DNA of 64,000 nt, taken from contig CAZCAP010000002.1 of NCBI GenBank assembly GCA_964496765.1, forward strand, positions 33,694 through 97,693, read 5' to 3'. The notes beneath the pieces were generated by a model. That model was given only the letters and a program-made list of their open reading frames with translations, did no database searches and was not told the origin of the DNA. The DNA comes from an uncultured archaeon. Lineage in GTDB: Archaea > Iainarchaeota > Iainarchaeia > Iainarchaeales > CSSED10-239. Of this stretch, positions 1 through 10,678 are shown piece after piece; positions within the stretch are counted from its first letter, which is position 1, and each line of letters begins with the position of its first letter. Made by a program: the position numbers and the translations under genes.

Positions 1-243
1 TTGATTACCTGAGGGGGTCACCTTTGCATCCTTTGAACCTGACCAATCAAGCCTTCTTGAGATTACTGATGCTGTTTGATTAATTTCATCAGAGGATACT
101 GGTTGTTCAAGAGCTATTTGAAATGCTGTCCCTCCAGAAAAATCAACTCCGTACTTTAATCCTTTTCCAGCAATTAGGATTAGGGCAATAAGGATTAGTA
201 CAATCCACAAAACAATTATTGGTTTCTTAAGTAATGTTCTCAT
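1..243 (-). CDS. SecD/SecF-family protein-export membrane protein, N-terminal part (gene continues beyond window start)
   Basis: Reverse-strand translation from ATG at 243 gives MRTLLKKPIIVLWIVLILIALILIAGKGLKYGVDFSGGTAFQIALEQP... An N-terminal TM helix is followed by the GVDFSGGT motif typical of SecD/SecF periplasmic domains. The frame is open to the window edge. Confidence 0.5.
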   Translation of the reverse strand, partial: MRTLLKKPIIVLWIVLILIALILIAGKGLKYGVDFSGGTAFQIALEQPVSSDEINQTASVISRRLDWSGSKDAKVTPSGNQ

Positions 244-271
244 ATTTTTTCACACTTTTATAATAATGATT

Positions 272-1378
272 TTAGTTTGTTCCTTGTTTTCTTTTTTCTT
301 TTGCTAACACATAGTTAAGTAATGTGGGTGCATTAAAGAACCAGGTTGCTATAATATCACCAACTAATCCAAATGCTAAAATAATTGCAATTTCATAAAC
401 AACAAGCATTTGAGCAGCATAGGAGATTACAAGCATAGCAAGAACAGTTACAATGGTTGCAAAAGTCATGGTTAATCCTGTTTTAATTGAATCATTTGCT
501 GCTTTTATTGGATCTCCAGTTCTGTCTTTCAAAACTCTTGTGGTTAGAAGAATATCTGTATCAACCGAATAACCAATTAACATTAAAAGCGCTGGTATTG
601 TTACTAAACTTAATGGCAAATTAAATACTGCCATACCAACTAATCCTGCACCCATATCAAATAGTGCAGAAAATATGATTAATGCAGATGGCATGATCTC
701 TCTAAAAAAGTATAATACTACTAATATCAATAAAATAAATGCTGTTATTCCAACCTTGATTGCAGTTTTTACAAAATCAGAACCTAGGGTTGCTGCAACC
801 TCTCTTGATTGAACTTTAGAATTATCATCCAATGATAATTCAGTTTTAACAAGTGCATTTATTTGGGTTCCAAAATTATTACTTGCAGATATTATTTTTT
901 CATTAAGTATAGTTTTAACTTCATCCCTAGTTAATGCCTGATCAATATTAACCAAATCAAATTCAGTTAAATATTTACTAGCAATTAAAGGTGCTAAAAC
1001 ATCTTTTGACTGGGTTTTTACATCCTCAATGGATGCATTTACAAAATCAATTTTTTGCTTATTTGCTTTTGCAACATCAAATTCCTGTGGTTGTGCAAAT
1101 TCAATTAATAATCCAAAAGAGGTAATTGCATTTGTTTCACTTACATGAACCTCACTCAATCCATATTGATTAATTAATTTATCCTTTAGAGATGCATAAT
1201 CCTTTGGAGAATCAAAATTAACAATTATTTGATACCCTCCTTTTAGATCAATCCCCTTGTGTATGCCTGGATAAATAAAAACAAGTACTATAATTATAGC
1301 CACCATAATTGCAGGAACAATTAATAGTCTATTGTATTTCTTATTGTGATCATAAAGTTTATTCATAGGTATCATCAT
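272..1378 (-). CDS. SecD/SecF-family protein-export membrane protein (probably SecF, upstream partner of the truncated gene at 1..243)
   Basis: 368 aa with an N-terminal TM helix, the GIDLKGG motif, a roughly 200 aa extracytoplasmic domain and a C-terminal bundle of TM helices. It is tandem with a second SecD/F-like gene. The true start may be the internal MNKLYD. Confidence 0.55.
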   Translation of the reverse strand: MMIPMNKLYDHNKKYNRLLIVPAIMVAIIIVLVFIYPGIHKGIDLKGGYQIIVNFDSPKDYASLKDKLINQYGLSEVHVSETNAITSFGLLIEFAQPQEFDVAKANKQKIDFVNASIEDVKTQSKDVLAPLIASKYLTEFDLVNIDQALTRDEVKTILNEKIISASNNFGTQINALVKTELSLDDNSKVQSREVAATLGSDFVKTAIKVGITAFILLILVVLYFFREIMPSALIIFSALFDMGAGLVGMAVFNLPLSLVTIPALLMLIGYSVDTDILLTTRVLKDRTGDPIKAANDSIKTGLTMTFATIVTVLAMLVISYAAQMLVVYEIAIILAFGLVGDIIATWFFNAPTLLNYVLAKEKRKQGTN

Positions 1379-1532
1379 TTTAGTTTTATTTATATAAGTT
1401 TATAACTAATTTAAAATTAGCAATATATTATATTATGATGAGAAATATATATAAATGTTAACTGAAGCAAATAACCTATAAAATCTAAAAAATTACCCAC
1501 TCTTTAAATACTATTTCATACTTTAAATATAT

Positions 1533-2399
1533 ATGAGGTACCCACAGCTATTCAAATCTAAAGAATTGATTGATATTGTTATTAAGCAATTAAAGAAAGA
1601 TCCTGTAACCAACAACAATATCTTTAAGTATGTTGATGAATTTCAACATAGAATAACAGAAAGATATGAGAAGATTGTTGATCAATTACCAGACTATGAA
1701 AAGATGGAACCCTACTATTTAATGATGTCTAAAAACATAATTTCTCAAGGCACAATGGAGAAGCATAAAAATCACTATAGAGTTACAATTACTGTTATTA
1801 ATCAAATTTCTGAAAAATACAAAAAACAACTAAGAATACAAAAACAATTATCTGATAAAATTAAGTTACAAAGAGAATATCTTGGAAGAGTAATTTCTGC
1901 AATTAAAAAACTAGATAAGACTACAGAAATATTATTTACCTATGCTGATGATTTTAAAAGAATACCAAATCCAAGAAAATTATTTACTATTGTTCTCGTG
2001 GGAGTTCCAAACACAGGAAAAACAACCTTTTTAACAGAATTAACGGATGCAGATCCAGAAATAAATAGCTATGCATTCACAACCAAATCTCTTAATTTTG
2101 GATATTTTAAAAAAAGAGAAGAAATTATACAGGTTATTGATACTCCAGGCCTAATTCATGGAGAATTTAAAGAAATGAATATAATCGAAAAACAAGCAAT
2201 AGTTGCAATCAAGGCACTGGGAGATGTGATTATCTTCTTATATAATAAAAATCAAACATTTGAGCATCAGCAGGAAATTCTTGAAAAAATCATTTCAGAA
2301 AATCCAGAAAAAAAAGTATTTGTTTATGCTTCATTTGGTGGAGATATGAAAGGATATCCAAATATCACTAGAGAAAAAATACTAGCTAAAGAATTTTAG
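1533..2399 (+). CDS. NOG1-family GTP-binding protein (archaeal Nog1-like GTPase)
   Basis: P-loop GVPNTGKTTF, the DTPGL G3 motif and an N-terminal helical domain before the G domain. Length of 288 aa is typical of archaeal Nog1 homologues. Confidence 0.65.
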   Translation: MRYPQLFKSKELIDIVIKQLKKDPVTNNNIFKYVDEFQHRITERYEKIVDQLPDYEKMEPYYLMMSKNIISQGTMEKHKNHYRVTITVINQISEKYKKQLRIQKQLSDKIKLQREYLGRVISAIKKLDKTTEILFTYADDFKRIPNPRKLFTIVLVGVPNTGKTTFLTELTDADPEINSYAFTTKSLNFGYFKKREEIIQVIDTPGLIHGEFKEMNIIEKQAIVAIKALGDVIIFLYNKNQTFEHQQEILEKIISENPEKKVFVYASFGGDMKGYPNITREKILAKEF

Positions 2400-2511
2400 G
2401 CTAGTTTGTTAATAAAAGTTTAGTTTTCAAATCCAAAAGTATTAAAATACATATTTTATATATAATACTACTTTTACAACACAACAGTTGTCATGCAAGA
2501 GGTGAATACAA

Positions 2512-2784
2512 ATGACTAAAAAAAAAGAAATTTGTGATAAGCTCATAAAAGAAATAATGACGGAGGCAGAATATCTTCTTGAGGACCACACAATTCCAAA
2601 AAATATAACAAATGTAATTAAATCTGTTGAAGAGAGATTACAAAAAAATCTAAATTCTGTGGAAGTTTCAAGCATAATATATGAACTTGAAGACACGGCA
2701 AATGGACTAAATGCTCCTGAATTTAGGTCAGTGGTTTGGAGCCTTATTAGTAAACTTGAAACACTTATGGAGAACTTGAAATAG
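2512..2784 (+). CDS. UPF0147-family small archaeal protein
   Basis: 90 aa. The segments DHTIPKNITNVIKSVEERL and NAPEFRSVVWSLISKLETL match the UPF0147 pattern (SVPRNIRR...MPSHARTxIWNxISxLE). An AGAGGTGA Shine-Dalgarno sits 7 nt upstream. The gene lies immediately 5' of the PolD genes. Confidence 0.5.
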   Translation: MTKKKEICDKLIKEIMTEAEYLLEDHTIPKNITNVIKSVEERLQKNLNSVEVSSIIYELEDTANGLNAPEFRSVVWSLISKLETLMENLK

Positions 2785-2785
2785 A

Positions 2786-4237
2786 ATGGATCAGGAAATA
2801 GTGAATTATGCAAACATAAATGGAATGATACTTACAGAGGAAGCACTAAGACTCTTGAATAATTATAATTATAAGGATGTTATTGATAGGCTTAAAGCAA
2901 AAGGGAAAATATTTATTTTGCCAAATGATGTAATAACTATTTGTAAAGAGGGAGATTGTAAAACAAAAACAGAATACACAAAAAACTATTATATAATGGA
3001 TAAGTATGATGTTACTGGGAAAACCTATTCACAGGGAAGAGTAGAGGATTTCCTTAATCTGTTTACAGACAAATATAAAACTATTTCTGAAATTATTAAA
3101 GAAAGACCAAATTTAGATATTGTAAATATATCTGATGCCAAACATAAAGGAAAGAACAAACAGGTAGATATAATTGGAATGGTTTATGAGAAGAGAACAA
3201 GCAAAAATGGAAACACGATAATTAATGTGGACGATCCAACTGGGTCTGTTAATCTTGTTGTAACAAGTAAGAATGAGGAATTATTCAAGGAATCAAAAGA
3301 AGTACTCAAGGATAACGTGCTTGGTTTTAAATGCAATGTAATTGCAGAAAATATGTTTATTGTTAATGAAATAATTTATCCAGACATTCCTATGCAAAAT
3401 AATAAACCACAGCTTAATGAAGATGTATATGTTGCAATCATTGCAGATACACACGTTGGTAGTAAATTATTTTTAGAAAATGAATTTGCTGAGTTTATTG
3501 ATTGGCTAGCAGGAAATCAGGAAGAAGACAAAGAACTTGCAAAAAAAATTAAATATTTAATAATTGCAGGAGACCTGGTGGACGGGATTGGAGTTTATCC
3601 TGCACAATATGAAGAACTTGCAATTACTGATATATTCAAACAGTATGAGTTATTTGAAAATTATATTTTAAAAATCCCAAAAGAAATTGAAATATTTATA
3701 ACTCCTGGAAATCATGATGCAGTTAGGTTATCTGACCCACAACCAGCAATTGCCAATGAATTCATTTCAAGATTATATGAACAGGAAAATATACACATTA
3801 TGGGTTCTCCTTCATGGGTAAACCTAGAGGGATTTAAAACTCTAATTTATCATGGAGCATCTCTTCATGGAATATATGCAGAAATAAAAGAAGCAACCAT
3901 GTCAAAACCAGATGTTGCGATTAGAGAAGTAATTAAGAGAAGAGATCTTATGCCTCAATATGGAGAAAGACAAACATTCATCCCAATGGAAAAAAACCTA
4001 ATGACAATTAATGAGGTCCCAGATATATTTATTGGAGCAGATGTTCATCATCACGCCTATTCAAAGTATAAAAATTGTCATTTAATTAATGCATCCTGCT
4101 GGCAATCAGTTACTGCATATCAAATAGAGAAGGGGCATCACCCCACACTCTGTAAAGTGCTGCTATTTAATCTTAAGGACCAAACACTGAAAATAAAAGA
4201 TTTTTTAAAAACAGAAGAAGAAAAAATGCAAATCTAA
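2786..4237 (+). CDS. DNA polymerase II (PolD) small subunit DP1, 3'-5' exonuclease, calcineurin-like phosphoesterase fold
   Basis: 483 aa with an OB-fold region followed by the phosphoesterase motifs IIADTHVGS, AGDLVDG and GNHD. It directly precedes the DP2 gene, which is the classic archaeal arrangement. Confidence 0.85.
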   Translation: MDQEIVNYANINGMILTEEALRLLNNYNYKDVIDRLKAKGKIFILPNDVITICKEGDCKTKTEYTKNYYIMDKYDVTGKTYSQGRVEDFLNLFTDKYKTISEIIKERPNLDIVNISDAKHKGKNKQVDIIGMVYEKRTSKNGNTIINVDDPTGSVNLVVTSKNEELFKESKEVLKDNVLGFKCNVIAENMFIVNEIIYPDIPMQNNKPQLNEDVYVAIIADTHVGSKLFLENEFAEFIDWLAGNQEEDKELAKKIKYLIIAGDLVDGIGVYPAQYEELAITDIFKQYELFENYILKIPKEIEIFITPGNHDAVRLSDPQPAIANEFISRLYEQENIHIMGSPSWVNLEGFKTLIYHGASLHGIYAEIKEATMSKPDVAIREVIKRRDLMPQYGERQTFIPMEKNLMTINEVPDIFIGADVHHHAYSKYKNCHLINASCWQSVTAYQIEKGHHPTLCKVLLFNLKDQTLKIKDFLKTEEEKMQI

Positions 4238-4243
4238 ATAAAT

Positions 4244-7200
4244 ATGGAAATTAAAAACCTAATAGCAAACGAAGATGTGAAAAATTATTTCATAGAGCTT
4301 ACAGAAAAGATTGATCTAGCTGTAAGCACAGCAAAAAATGCAAAAAAAACTGGAAGAGATATAACCAATGATATTGAATCTGTTCCTGCAGCAGGTATTG
4401 CTGAAAAAACCGAAATTCTTGTGGGACCAAAGGGCGTTGCAGAAATTTATAATAATCTTTGGGAAATACACAAGGATAGATTTAAGATTACAATAATGAT
4501 ATTTGATATGATTCTTGATAGAAAATTAGGAGATATAGAGGATCCTGAAAAAAGACTTGAGCAGGCAATTAGAACAGCACTTGTTATTCAAACAGATGGA
4601 GTTGTTGTTTCTCCAATCACTGGACTTCCACACATAAAAATATCTAAAAACCCAGACGGCACATCCTATCCTGATATTTATTATGCAGGACCAATTAGGG
4701 CTGCTGGGGGAAACGCACAAACACTTCCTCTTCTATTAGCTGACTATGCAAGAAGCAAACTACATCTTGATAAATTCAAACCTAGTGATCAGGAAATAGA
4801 AAGATATGTTGAAGAAGAAATGATTTATCAAAATGATATTGTTGCAAGACAACAAAGAGTAACTGAAAAAGAAGTTAGAACAATAATAGAAAATTGTCCC
4901 ATTTGCATGAACTCAGGACCAGATTCTGATATTGAAGTAACTGTTCATAGAGATCTTGAAAGAGTACCCACAAATAGAATAAGAGGAGCCATGTGTTTGG
5001 TTCTAATTGATGGGCTTTATGTAAGAGCAATGAAGATTCAAAAAACTGCTAAAAAGATGGGACTTAACTGGGATTGGCTAGAAAAATTAATCAAGGTTAA
5101 TAAAACAGCTGAAGGAGGGTTTGTTTTAAAACCGAGCACAAAATATATTGAAGGACTAGCAGCAGGAAGACCGGTTTTTTCATATCCGTTTGCTCCTGGT
5201 GGATTTAGACTAAGATATGGAAAAGCAAGAAATGCAGGACTTATGGCAAAAGCCATTAATCCAGCAACCATGTATGTTCTTGATGAATTTATTGCTGTTG
5301 GAACACACGGTAGGCTTGAAAGACCAGGAAAGTCATTGCAATACTTTCCCTGCTCAACAATTAATGGCCCAATTGTTAAATTAAAAAATAAGGATGTTAT
5401 TAAAATTGATAATGTAATTACTGCAAAGAAAAATCTTGAAGAAATTGATAAAATATTATTCGTTGGGGATCTATTAATAGATATTGGAGATTTTAAAAAA
5501 TCAGGACATCCATTAATCAAGAGTGGATATGTTGAAGAGGAATGGTTAGCTGAAATTAAATATCTTGCAAAAACAGAAAAAATAGAAAAAAAAGTTCTTG
5601 AGAAAGCACAGGACTTTTATAATAAACCAAACCCCTATAGTGCAATTAATCTATCCATTGAACATAAACTACCATTATTTCCAAAATACATTTGCTACTA
5701 TGATTTATTATCTATAGAAGAATTAAAAATATTAATAGATAAATTCAGAGACGCAGAAAAAATCTTTGAAAAAAATAAAATAGTTGGAACAAAAATAAAA
5801 TATAATAATTTAATTAAAAGTATTTTAGAAAAAATGGGTTTACCCCATAGATTTCTAGAGGATGGATATCACATTATTGTTGGAGAAGACTATGCATATC
5901 CACTTCTCAAGACTCTAGGATCACTAAATCAAATTAATCCAACAGAGCAATTTAAAGAGAAACTTGAAGATAAGGAATTAACTATCACAGAAAAACTAAC
6001 AGCAATTGCTGGGTTTGATATAAGAGATAAATCAGGAACCTGGATTGGAGCAAGAATGGGTAGACCAGAAGCTGCCCATCAAAGAGAAATGGCTGGAAAA
6101 GCAAATGCATTGTTCCCAATCGGACGTGGTTTTGGAAACAACAGGGATCTAATTAAAGCAGCAAGAACAAAAAGTAATGAAGCAGAAGCAAATTCTGCGT
6201 TTGGAATTTCTGATGTTGAAATAAAAGCATATGTTTGTCAAGGATGTAAAAAAATTATGTTTGGAGCATATTGCTTTGAATGTGATTTGAAAACCCAAGA
6301 AATTAGATTTTGCGAAAACTGTAATAAACAATTGTATGAAGTAACATGTCCAATTTGTAAAATCAAAACCAAACCAAAACTTAATCACACTATCAATATA
6401 GATTCATTAATTGAACAGGCATCCAAGAACCTAAAGGTTGGGATTCCAGAGCATCTTAAAGGGGTCAAGGTTTTAATAAGTGAAGAAAAAAATGCAGAGC
6501 CACTTGAGAAAGGAATACTTAGAGCAAAATATACACTTCAAATATTTCGTGATGGAACCGTGAGATATGAAGCACTTAATGCAACCATTTCTCAATTCAC
6601 CTGTAGAGAACTTAATCTTACAATTGATAAGATTAAAGAATTGGGATATAGAACCGATTATCTTGGAAAACCAATAACAACCATTGACCAAAGAATAAGC
6701 ATATTCCCACAAGATGTTATTGTAGATGAAAATTGTGGAGAGCATTTTTTAAAGGTAAGCAAGTTTATTGATGATGAGCTTGAAAAGTTCTATGGCCAGG
6801 AAAAATTTTATAATAAAAACACTAAGGAAGAATTAATTGGAGAATTAATTATTGGACTTGCTCCACACACATCAGCAGGAATTGTTGGAAGAATTATTGG
6901 ATATTCTAAATCTAGATTGTCCTGGGGGCATCCATATTACATTACTGCAAAAAGAAGAAATGTTGATGGAGATCAGGATTCGATGATGCTCCTAATGGAT
7001 CCTATGCTTAATTTTTCATATAGTTATCTTGCAAACAATAGTGGTGGGAAAATGGATGCACCACTTACTTTTACAACAATTTTAAATCCCTATGAGATTG
7101 ATGATGAATGCTATGAGATAGAAACAGTAACTGAATATCCCTATGAATTTTATCAGAATACAAAAATATTTGGAGATCCCTATGATAAAAATGTGCAGTA

Positions 7201-7708
7201 TGTTGCTAAAGTTCTAGGAACAGAGGATCAATATAGTTGTATTAAGTTTACACACGATACAACTTGCTTTGATGAAGGACCTAAACAGAGTGCCTATCTG
7301 CAAATTAAATCAATGGCAGATAAGGTACATAAGCAAGCAAAACTTCAAGAAAGAATTGTAGCTGTTGATAATAAAGATGCATTAGAACGTTTACTTCATT
7401 ATCATTTATTTCCAGACATAATTGGAAACACAAGAGCTTTTGCAAGACAAAAATTAAGATGTGTAAAGTGCAACAAGAAATACAGAAGAATGCCTCTTTC
7501 TGGGCAATGCACCTGTGGTGGAAAGCTCATACTTACGATTGCAGAAGGTTCCATTAGAAAATATGTGAACATAGCAAGAGATATAATAATTAAGTATCAA
7601 TTGAAACCATATCTTCTTCAGAAGATAAATATTGCAGAAGAAGAAATAAATTCTTTATTTTCAAATAAGGAAGAAAAAAATCAAAAGAGTTTGTCAGATT
7701 TCTTTTAA
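4244..7708 (+). CDS. DNA polymerase II (PolD) large catalytic subunit DP2
   Basis: 1154 aa. Cysteine clusters (CQGCKK...CFECD, CENCNK...CPICK) and a C-terminal CVKCNKKYRRMPLSGQCTCGG zinc module are present. The size and layout match DP2. No intein is present. Confidence 0.9.
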   Translation: MEIKNLIANEDVKNYFIELTEKIDLAVSTAKNAKKTGRDITNDIESVPAAGIAEKTEILVGPKGVAEIYNNLWEIHKDRFKITIMIFDMILDRKLGDIEDPEKRLEQAIRTALVIQTDGVVVSPITGLPHIKISKNPDGTSYPDIYYAGPIRAAGGNAQTLPLLLADYARSKLHLDKFKPSDQEIERYVEEEMIYQNDIVARQQRVTEKEVRTIIENCPICMNSGPDSDIEVTVHRDLERVPTNRIRGAMCLVLIDGLYVRAMKIQKTAKKMGLNWDWLEKLIKVNKTAEGGFVLKPSTKYIEGLAAGRPVFSYPFAPGGFRLRYGKARNAGLMAKAINPATMYVLDEFIAVGTHGRLERPGKSLQYFPCSTINGPIVKLKNKDVIKIDNVITAKKNLEEIDKILFVGDLLIDIGDFKKSGHPLIKSGYVEEEWLAEIKYLAKTEKIEKKVLEKAQDFYNKPNPYSAINLSIEHKLPLFPKYICYYDLLSIEELKILIDKFRDAEKIFEKNKIVGTKIKYNNLIKSILEKMGLPHRFLEDGYHIIVGEDYAYPLLKTLGSLNQINPTEQFKEKLEDKELTITEKLTAIAGFDIRDKSGTWIGARMGRPEAAHQREMAGKANALFPIGRGFGNNRDLIKAARTKSNEAEANSAFGISDVEIKAYVCQGCKKIMFGAYCFECDLKTQEIRFCENCNKQLYEVTCPICKIKTKPKLNHTINIDSLIEQASKNLKVGIPEHLKGVKVLISEEKNAEPLEKGILRAKYTLQIFRDGTVRYEALNATISQFTCRELNLTIDKIKELGYRTDYLGKPITTIDQRISIFPQDVIVDENCGEHFLKVSKFIDDELEKFYGQEKFYNKNTKEELIGELIIGLAPHTSAGIVGRIIGYSKSRLSWGHPYYITAKRRNVDGDQDSMMLLMDPMLNFSYSYLANNSGGKMDAPLTFTTILNPYEIDDECYEIETVTEYPYEFYQNTKIFGDPYDKNVQYVAKVLGTEDQYSCIKFTHDTTCFDEGPKQSAYLQIKSMADKVHKQAKLQERIVAVDNKDALERLLHYHLFPDIIGNTRAFARQKLRCVKCNKKYRRMPLSGQCTCGGKLILTIAEGSIRKYVNIARDIIIKYQLKPYLLQKINIAEEEINSLFSNKEEKNQKSLSDFF

Positions 7709-7774
7709 AAACAACTATAACTATTTTTGTAGATATTTAAAAAAATAAGAAAAAGAGATTTAAAGAATAATCAC

Positions 7775-8083
7775 TTATTCTTTAAGCTCAATTGACATTT
7801 GAACATCAGCTGGAACATCAACCTTAACAACTCTTCTTAGGATCTTGTCATCAGCCTTGACATCAATTATTCTCTTGTGTATTCTAAGTTGCCATTTCTG
7901 GTAGGTTTCAGTTCCCCCACCAGAAGTACCACGTCTTGTAGGAACCACTAATTTTTTGGTTTTTAAAGGGATGATTCCTGAGTGCTTAACTCCAGACTTT
8001 TGTGCAACATCTATTATTTCTTTACAAAAATCTGTTAGCTTTTTGTAATCCGTACTTGTTATTATTATTCTTGCTGTTTGCAT
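7775..8083 (-). CDS. rps10: 30S ribosomal protein S10 (uS10)
   Basis: 102 aa, MQTARIIITSTDYKKLTDFCKEIIDVAQKSGV..GIIPLKTKKLVVPTRRG, a typical S10 fold sequence. It lies immediately downstream of tuf, the conserved archaeal tuf-rps10 order. Confidence 0.9.
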   Translation of the reverse strand: MQTARIIITSTDYKKLTDFCKEIIDVAQKSGVKHSGIIPLKTKKLVVPTRRGTSGGGTETYQKWQLRIHKRIIDVKADDKILRRVVKVDVPADVQMSIELKE

Positions 8084-8110
8084 AACTTTGTGTCATCCCC
8101 GAATTTGTTT

Positions 8111-9385
8111 TTATTTAACTCTCTTTTTTACTTCGATGATTACACCGGCAGCAACTGTCTTACCCATATCTCTTATTGCAAGACGACCAAGTTGTGGGAA
8201 TTCCTTGTAGGTTTCAACACAAAGTGGTTGATTTGGCTTAATCTTAACTATTGCAGCATCCCCTGTTTTTAGGAATTTTGGATTTTCTTCCTTAACTGCA
8301 CCTGTCTTTGGATCAAGTGATCTCACAAGCTCTGTTATTGTACATGATATTTGAGCTGTGTGCATGTGGAATACTGGAGAATAACCAACAGTAATTGCAG
8401 ATGGATGATATAGTACAACCATTTGAGCTGTAAACTCTTCTGCAACTGTAGGAGGACTATTTACGTGACCGATTACTGATCCTCTCTTAATATCCTTTGG
8501 GCCAATTTTTCTAAGATTGAACCCAATGTTGTCTCCAGGAACTGCTTCTGTTAATTGTTCGTGGTGCATTTCAATAGATTTAACTTCAGTTTCAACACCT
8601 TCTGGCATGATAATTATCTTATCATTTGGTCTCATGATTCCACTAGATATTTTTCCAACAGGAACTGTTCCAACACCTTTAATATTGTAAACATCCTGTA
8701 CAGGAAGTCTTAATGGCTTATCTGTTGGTGGAACTGGTGCAACGAACATGTCAAGTGCATCAAGTAAACAAGGTCCATTAAACCAAGCTAACTTATCTGA
8801 TTTCTTGATTATGTTGTCTCCTGGATATGATGCAATTGGAATAATTTTCATATTATCTTCCTTGTATCCAGAACCCTTTAATAGTTTTGTAACATCATCT
8901 TTGATTTCATTGAATCTTTCTTGTTTATATTCAACTTCATCCATCTTATTAACTGCAACAATGATTTGCTTAATACCCATAACTTGAGCAAGGAATGCGT
9001 GTTCCTTTGTTTGAGCCTGGATACCATCCTTTGCAGCAACTACAAGAACAGCAGCATCAGCTTGAGAGGTTCCTGTTACCATGTTCTTAATGTAATCCTG
9101 GTGACCAGGAGCATCAATAACTGTAAAAAAATTCTTTTTGGTTTCGAATTTTTTATAGTTTACGTCAATTGTGATACCTCTTTCTCTCTCTTCTTTTAAT
9201 GTGTCCATCATGTAAGCGAAAGCGAAAGTACCTTTACCTCTTTCTTTAGCAATTGCTTCTAATTTTCTGTAATCCTGTTCAGGTAATGCGCCTGTGTCAT
9301 ACATTAAACGACCAACTGTCGTTGATTTACCGTGATCAATGTGTCCTATAAAAATAACATTGATATGTGGCTTTTCATTTGCCAT
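8111..9385 (-). CDS. tuf: Translation elongation factor 1-alpha (aEF-1A)
   Basis: 424 aa with GHIDHGKST (G1), DAPGH (G3) and NKMD (G4) motifs. Full-length EF-Tu/EF-1A architecture. Confidence 0.95.
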   Translation of the reverse strand: MANEKPHINVIFIGHIDHGKSTTVGRLMYDTGALPEQDYRKLEAIAKERGKGTFAFAYMMDTLKEERERGITIDVNYKKFETKKNFFTVIDAPGHQDYIKNMVTGTSQADAAVLVVAAKDGIQAQTKEHAFLAQVMGIKQIIVAVNKMDEVEYKQERFNEIKDDVTKLLKGSGYKEDNMKIIPIASYPGDNIIKKSDKLAWFNGPCLLDALDMFVAPVPPTDKPLRLPVQDVYNIKGVGTVPVGKISSGIMRPNDKIIIMPEGVETEVKSIEMHHEQLTEAVPGDNIGFNLRKIGPKDIKRGSVIGHVNSPPTVAEEFTAQMVVLYHPSAITVGYSPVFHMHTAQISCTITELVRSLDPKTGAVKEENPKFLKTGDAAIVKIKPNQPLCVETYKEFPQLGRLAIRDMGKTVAAGVIIEVKKRVK

Positions 9386-9589
9386 ATTAATTCCTCCGTT
9401 ATTTATTAAATTTCCGTTTTTTTAATTAAAAATACTTGCAAATAAAATTAGATTTATACCGCAAGATATAATATATATTAAGAAACCAAAGTATTTTTAA
9501 ATAGAAATGAAAGGAATATGCCTATAAAAATAATTAATAAAACAAAATATATATAAACTCTTCAAACATATATATAATAAGTAGGTGAA

Positions 9590-10663
9590 ATGATAACTAT
9601 GGCAATTAATTTCATACAAATTATAGTTATAATTGTTGTAATAATTATATTTGGAGTAATGATTACGCTATTAAATATGAAAAAAAAAGATAAGACATCT
9701 GCAGGTATTGAACAAAATACTTGGCAAAAAATTGAGATCCTAAATACTAGAAAGAAAGAACTACTTGATAAGAAAAAAGAATTATCTTACAAATATACAG
9801 CAAAAACCATCACTGATTCTGAATATTCTACAAACATTAAATATCTAAATGATGAAATAGAAAAAGCTAATGAAGATATTAATGAAGAAGTAAACAACCT
9901 AACTCACATTCAAGGTAAAATAGATGCAGAATCGGATGTTAGATTTGCAAATATTAAAATTAAGAGTGAACTGTCAGAGGTTGGGTTAGAAAATAAGAAT
10001 CTTAAAGAAAAAATATCTGAATTAGAAGAATTTATTAAAAACGTATCAAAAAACACTAATACAGAATCAAATAATGAAGATACTGCTGTGAAAAAGTATT
10101 ATGAAATCATATTAAATAAATACAAAGATGAAATTAATGAAACAGAAAAGAAAACCATTTCTGAAATAAAGGAAATGATAAAACCAACAGACCTAACAAT
10201 TAAAAGCCTGGTTTCCAAATATCAACCAATTAGCTATGATTTTAATAAAGATTATTTAAACACACTAAGACAAATTTATAATTATCTTAAATCAGACATA
10301 GATGTAATTAAGAATGATTTGAAAATATTATTTTGGATTGACTTTTCTAACGTGATTAAGAACAAAATTGCAGATGAACAGGACATATCTGTTCTTTTTT
10401 GTTCATGCATGAAAGCCTTGGCTGATGAGGTTTCACGAATTGAGATAGTAATGCTTGATGATGAGAAAATACACGCGTTTGTAAAAACAAAATATAAAAA
10501 CGCATTCTACATTTTTGATCTTGCTCAAAAAGTTCCATTTGATATGTTTAAGAATATTGATGAAAAACAACTATACCAAGAATATAGTTTTAATAATAAC
10601 AAGATTGCAAAAAGAATATACGCCTATAATCAATATGAATATATTGATTTTAGAACCGAATGA
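9590..10663 (+). CDS. Hypothetical coiled-coil protein with N-terminal TM helix
   Basis: 357 aa, N-terminal hydrophobic helix, then long K/E-rich heptad-like sequence. No recognisable catalytic motif. Confidence 0.4.
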   Translation: MITMAINFIQIIVIIVVIIIFGVMITLLNMKKKDKTSAGIEQNTWQKIEILNTRKKELLDKKKELSYKYTAKTITDSEYSTNIKYLNDEIEKANEDINEEVNNLTHIQGKIDAESDVRFANIKIKSELSEVGLENKNLKEKISELEEFIKNVSKNTNTESNNEDTAVKKYYEIILNKYKDEINETEKKTISEIKEMIKPTDLTIKSLVSKYQPISYDFNKDYLNTLRQIYNYLKSDIDVIKNDLKILFWIDFSNVIKNKIADEQDISVLFCSCMKALADEVSRIEIVMLDDEKIHAFVKTKYKNAFYIFDLAQKVPFDMFKNIDEKQLYQEYSFNNNKIAKRIYAYNQYEYIDFRTE

Positions 10664-10678
10664 AATAATAACTACTAT

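Noticed and set aside
2442-2813. 123-aa minus-strand ORF overlapping the UPF0147 gene and the PolD DP1 start
   Set aside because: It is antisense to well-supported genes with a hydrophobic, low-complexity translation. Other antisense ORFs embedded in well-supported genes were dismissed on the same basis. These include 4526..4720, 5038..5520, 6149..6388, 6473..6745, 8748..9199, 17143..17358, 18031..18393, 37132..37700, 40280..41074, 42206..42901, 43787..44248, 49519..49824, 57363..57647 and 60683..61352.
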